In this document: piece after piece, positions 61,836 to 64,000 of the stretch
Numbering within the stretch: position 1 is the first letter of the stretch
Layout: every line of letters begins with the position of its first letter
Assembly (NCBI GenBank): GCA_963663965.2
Contig: CAXXFK010000021.1
Span: forward strand, 96,218 to 160,217
Direction of reading: 5' to 3'
DNA from: Sedimentisphaerales bacterium
Lineage (GTDB): Bacteria; Planctomycetota; Phycisphaerae; Sedimentisphaerales; SM23-30
DNA: 64,000 nucleotides
The notes under the pieces: model-generated
What the model was told of the DNA's origin: nothing
Database searches by the model: none
Seen by the model: only the letters and a program-made list of their open reading frames with translations
Made by a program: the position numbers and the translations under genes

Positions 61836-63313
61836 CTAATTGGAATCTGGCGATTCAACATCTGTTTCCTGCTCGTAACGACCTCGCTCTTGAAATGCTC
61901 GGAGCAACAATTGTGCAATCGGCTTGGGATATAATTTTTCAGAACTGACAACGATGTCATAATTATGAGCGTCATTTACCTCTTTGCCGGTGAATTCTTT
62001 GACAAATCTTATCAGGTCTCCATCGAATTCTTTAATTGTGTTTCTGCATCTTCAACTCGAATTTCATGGGTTCTGGCATAACGACGAGCCCGAACTTCAT
62101 GGGGCGCGGTAATAAATACACGAAAACCTTTCTCTGGGGGTAAAAACAATCCCGCTCCTCTCCCCAAGATCACTACCTCACAATGCTCAGCGATGACCAT
62201 CAGTGTTTCGCCTAAAGCCTTCAGGTAATCGGCATTATTGACTATTGTTTCAGGTTTTCGAGAAAATAATGGGATTAAACGATTTTCAATCCAGCCCTTG
62301 GTTCGTTCATCCACGGTTTCCAGTACTTTGACATGGATTTTCATGTTTTCTGACATATAGTTCAGTATTTCCTGGTCATAATATTGCCACCCGAGCACGT
62401 CGGCCATCATCTGGGCCACTTCTTCTCCTCCGGCACCGATAAACCGGCCAACGGTTATATTTTCGATAGTCAATCCATCAGATAAATGGATAGCTTCACC
62501 ATTATCAATCTGCCCCTGTTCTTCTTTCCATTCTTCCATGTGCCGCTCAACCACCCGGGCAATATCAATCCCCTCCGCCTTCATCTGCTCCTGTTCCAGT
62601 TTTGAATCGACCCGCTTATCGAAGGCGCGCCAAATCAGTTTTGCCATCGAGTCTGGAGAAAACTTTTCCGTGTTGATCACCAGATCGAAATCCCGCATTT
62701 CATCCGGTTCTTTCCAGACGAAATCCTTTAAAAAACGCATATGGTCTGAATCTGCTTTACGGATGATTGTGGCGGCTTCAGCAGAACTAATGTTTTGCTC
62801 ACGAGCCACTCGTTCGCAACGCAATTCAAACGGCGAGATAATCCGGATACTCAAACCCTTGTCTCTGGGCAACACATGTCCGGCTCCCCGCCCGACAATG
62901 ACAGCACGGCCATGACGGGCGATCACCAGCATCGCTTCAACCAGATGTTTGTAATAGCTATACTGATCCATGCTTTGGGAGCCTTTACGGGTAGAGAAGA
63001 ACATATTCAGCGATTCTTCGATCCAGCCCCGCGTTGATTCATCCACGGTAGCCAATACATCTTTATGAACCCCGAAATTCTCCGCCATAAAATCAACCAG
63101 CTTCTTGTCAAACAACCCCCAGTCCATTAAATCAGCCAGTTTTTGAGCGATTTCTTCTCCGCCGCTCCCCATTTGACGACTGATCGTAATATAATCGATC
63201 GGGCCGCCCCGTCCGCCCAGTTGTAACGGTTTGAGGTTTTTATTACGTTCCCACTCTTTCATCCGGCGTTCAACCATGGTTGGAAAACGCTCATTCTGTT
63301 TCATATTCGACAT
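61836..63313 (-). CDS. Protein with two tandem cytidylate-kinase-like (Cytidylate_kin2-type) domains; -1 frameshift near 62042
   Basis: ITISRQMGSGG and ITVGRFIGAGG, two GRGA motifs. The alternate frame continues DLIRFVKEFTG...YDIVVSSEK to TAG at 61836. Confidence 0.8.
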
Positions 63314-63890
63314 CGAATCATCCTTAATACTTAGCTGAAAACCTGTCACCAGACATCGGTCACGCAAGTAATGGCTATATGCTAGACACTCACCTTTTAT
63401 TGTATATTACGTTACTAACATCGGTAAACAAAGATTTGGCAAATTAATGAAAATGTTTTCCTCCCTATCATATCTCACACCAACCATTTCATTTGAAATT
63501 ATGTTAAGCTACCAAAATATTTCCTTCTGGTCTGAATCAGCGTTTTCAGTACTGATATTATAGTTTTTAATAAAATCATATCAGGACATGAATTGATATT
63601 CCTTCGATCAGATTATTTGTATCCTCCTTAATAATAAATAGTTATCAAAATCATATTTCATCAGCCCTGGAAAACTCCCAGAATCAGAATCCTAATTTAC
63701 CTGAAAATTATTTTTAAAAATGTCAAGATAACATTTTAACCTTTCCGATTTGCTGTTATAATTCAATCATTAGTTATTCCGGTACGAAATAACTTTTTAT
63801 TATCCACATTCGCTTGATAAAATATCGAATTTAATATTGGAACTTGCTTTTCGATATTGAGAGAGATGTAGCTAAAAAGGATTTGATGAA

Positions 63891-64000
63891 ATGGATCAGG
63901 GACGATTATTTCGAGTTTTATTCTGTCTGGTTATCGCCATGACGATCGGGTCAGTGGTATTGCTGGCATTGGAAGGCACTCCCATAAAGCCCATGTCTTA
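63891..64000 (+). CDS. 3'-truncated ORF with an N-terminal hydrophobic segment
   Basis: MDQGRLFRVLFCLVIAMTIGSVVLLALEG..., open to the window end. Confidence 0.5.
   Translation, partial: MDQGRLFRVLFCLVIAMTIGSVVLLALEGTPIKPMS

Noticed and set aside
63320..63880. Cobalamin riboswitch upstream of the ABC transporter operon
   Set aside because: The region is AT-rich and I could not find the conserved B12-box elements; substrate left unassigned.

Overview
Bacterial chromosomal window. It is most likely from a Planctomycetota of the Phycisphaerae/Sedimentisphaerales type; this is inferred from PEP-CTERM proteins, a LEPR-xLL giant adhesin, GLUG and dockerin-like secreted proteins, a sulfatase and an HzsA-like protein. 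Housekeeping genes are rpsO-pnp, trxB, larC, hisD-hisC-hisB, deoC, nrfHA, a Na/Pi cotransporter and a FecCD/BtuCD-type ABC transporter. They are interleaved with secreted or carbohydrate-active proteins and a ~3,190-aa cadherin-repeat adhesin. The three most interesting items are: (1) an AT-rich four-gene island encoding a GrpE-like protein, a lidless Hsp70, a TM-TerB-degenerate-J protein and an M48 protease, a candidate dedicated chaperone-protease or defence system; (2) a DtxR-Fur-FeoA triple-domain metalloregulator; (3) a ~290-bp tandem non-coding repeat whose hairpins covary or are swapped between copies. At least six single-base frameshifts, mostly in short homopolymers, suggest long-read consensus errors. 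No tRNA, rRNA, CRISPR array, integrase or transposase was recognised.
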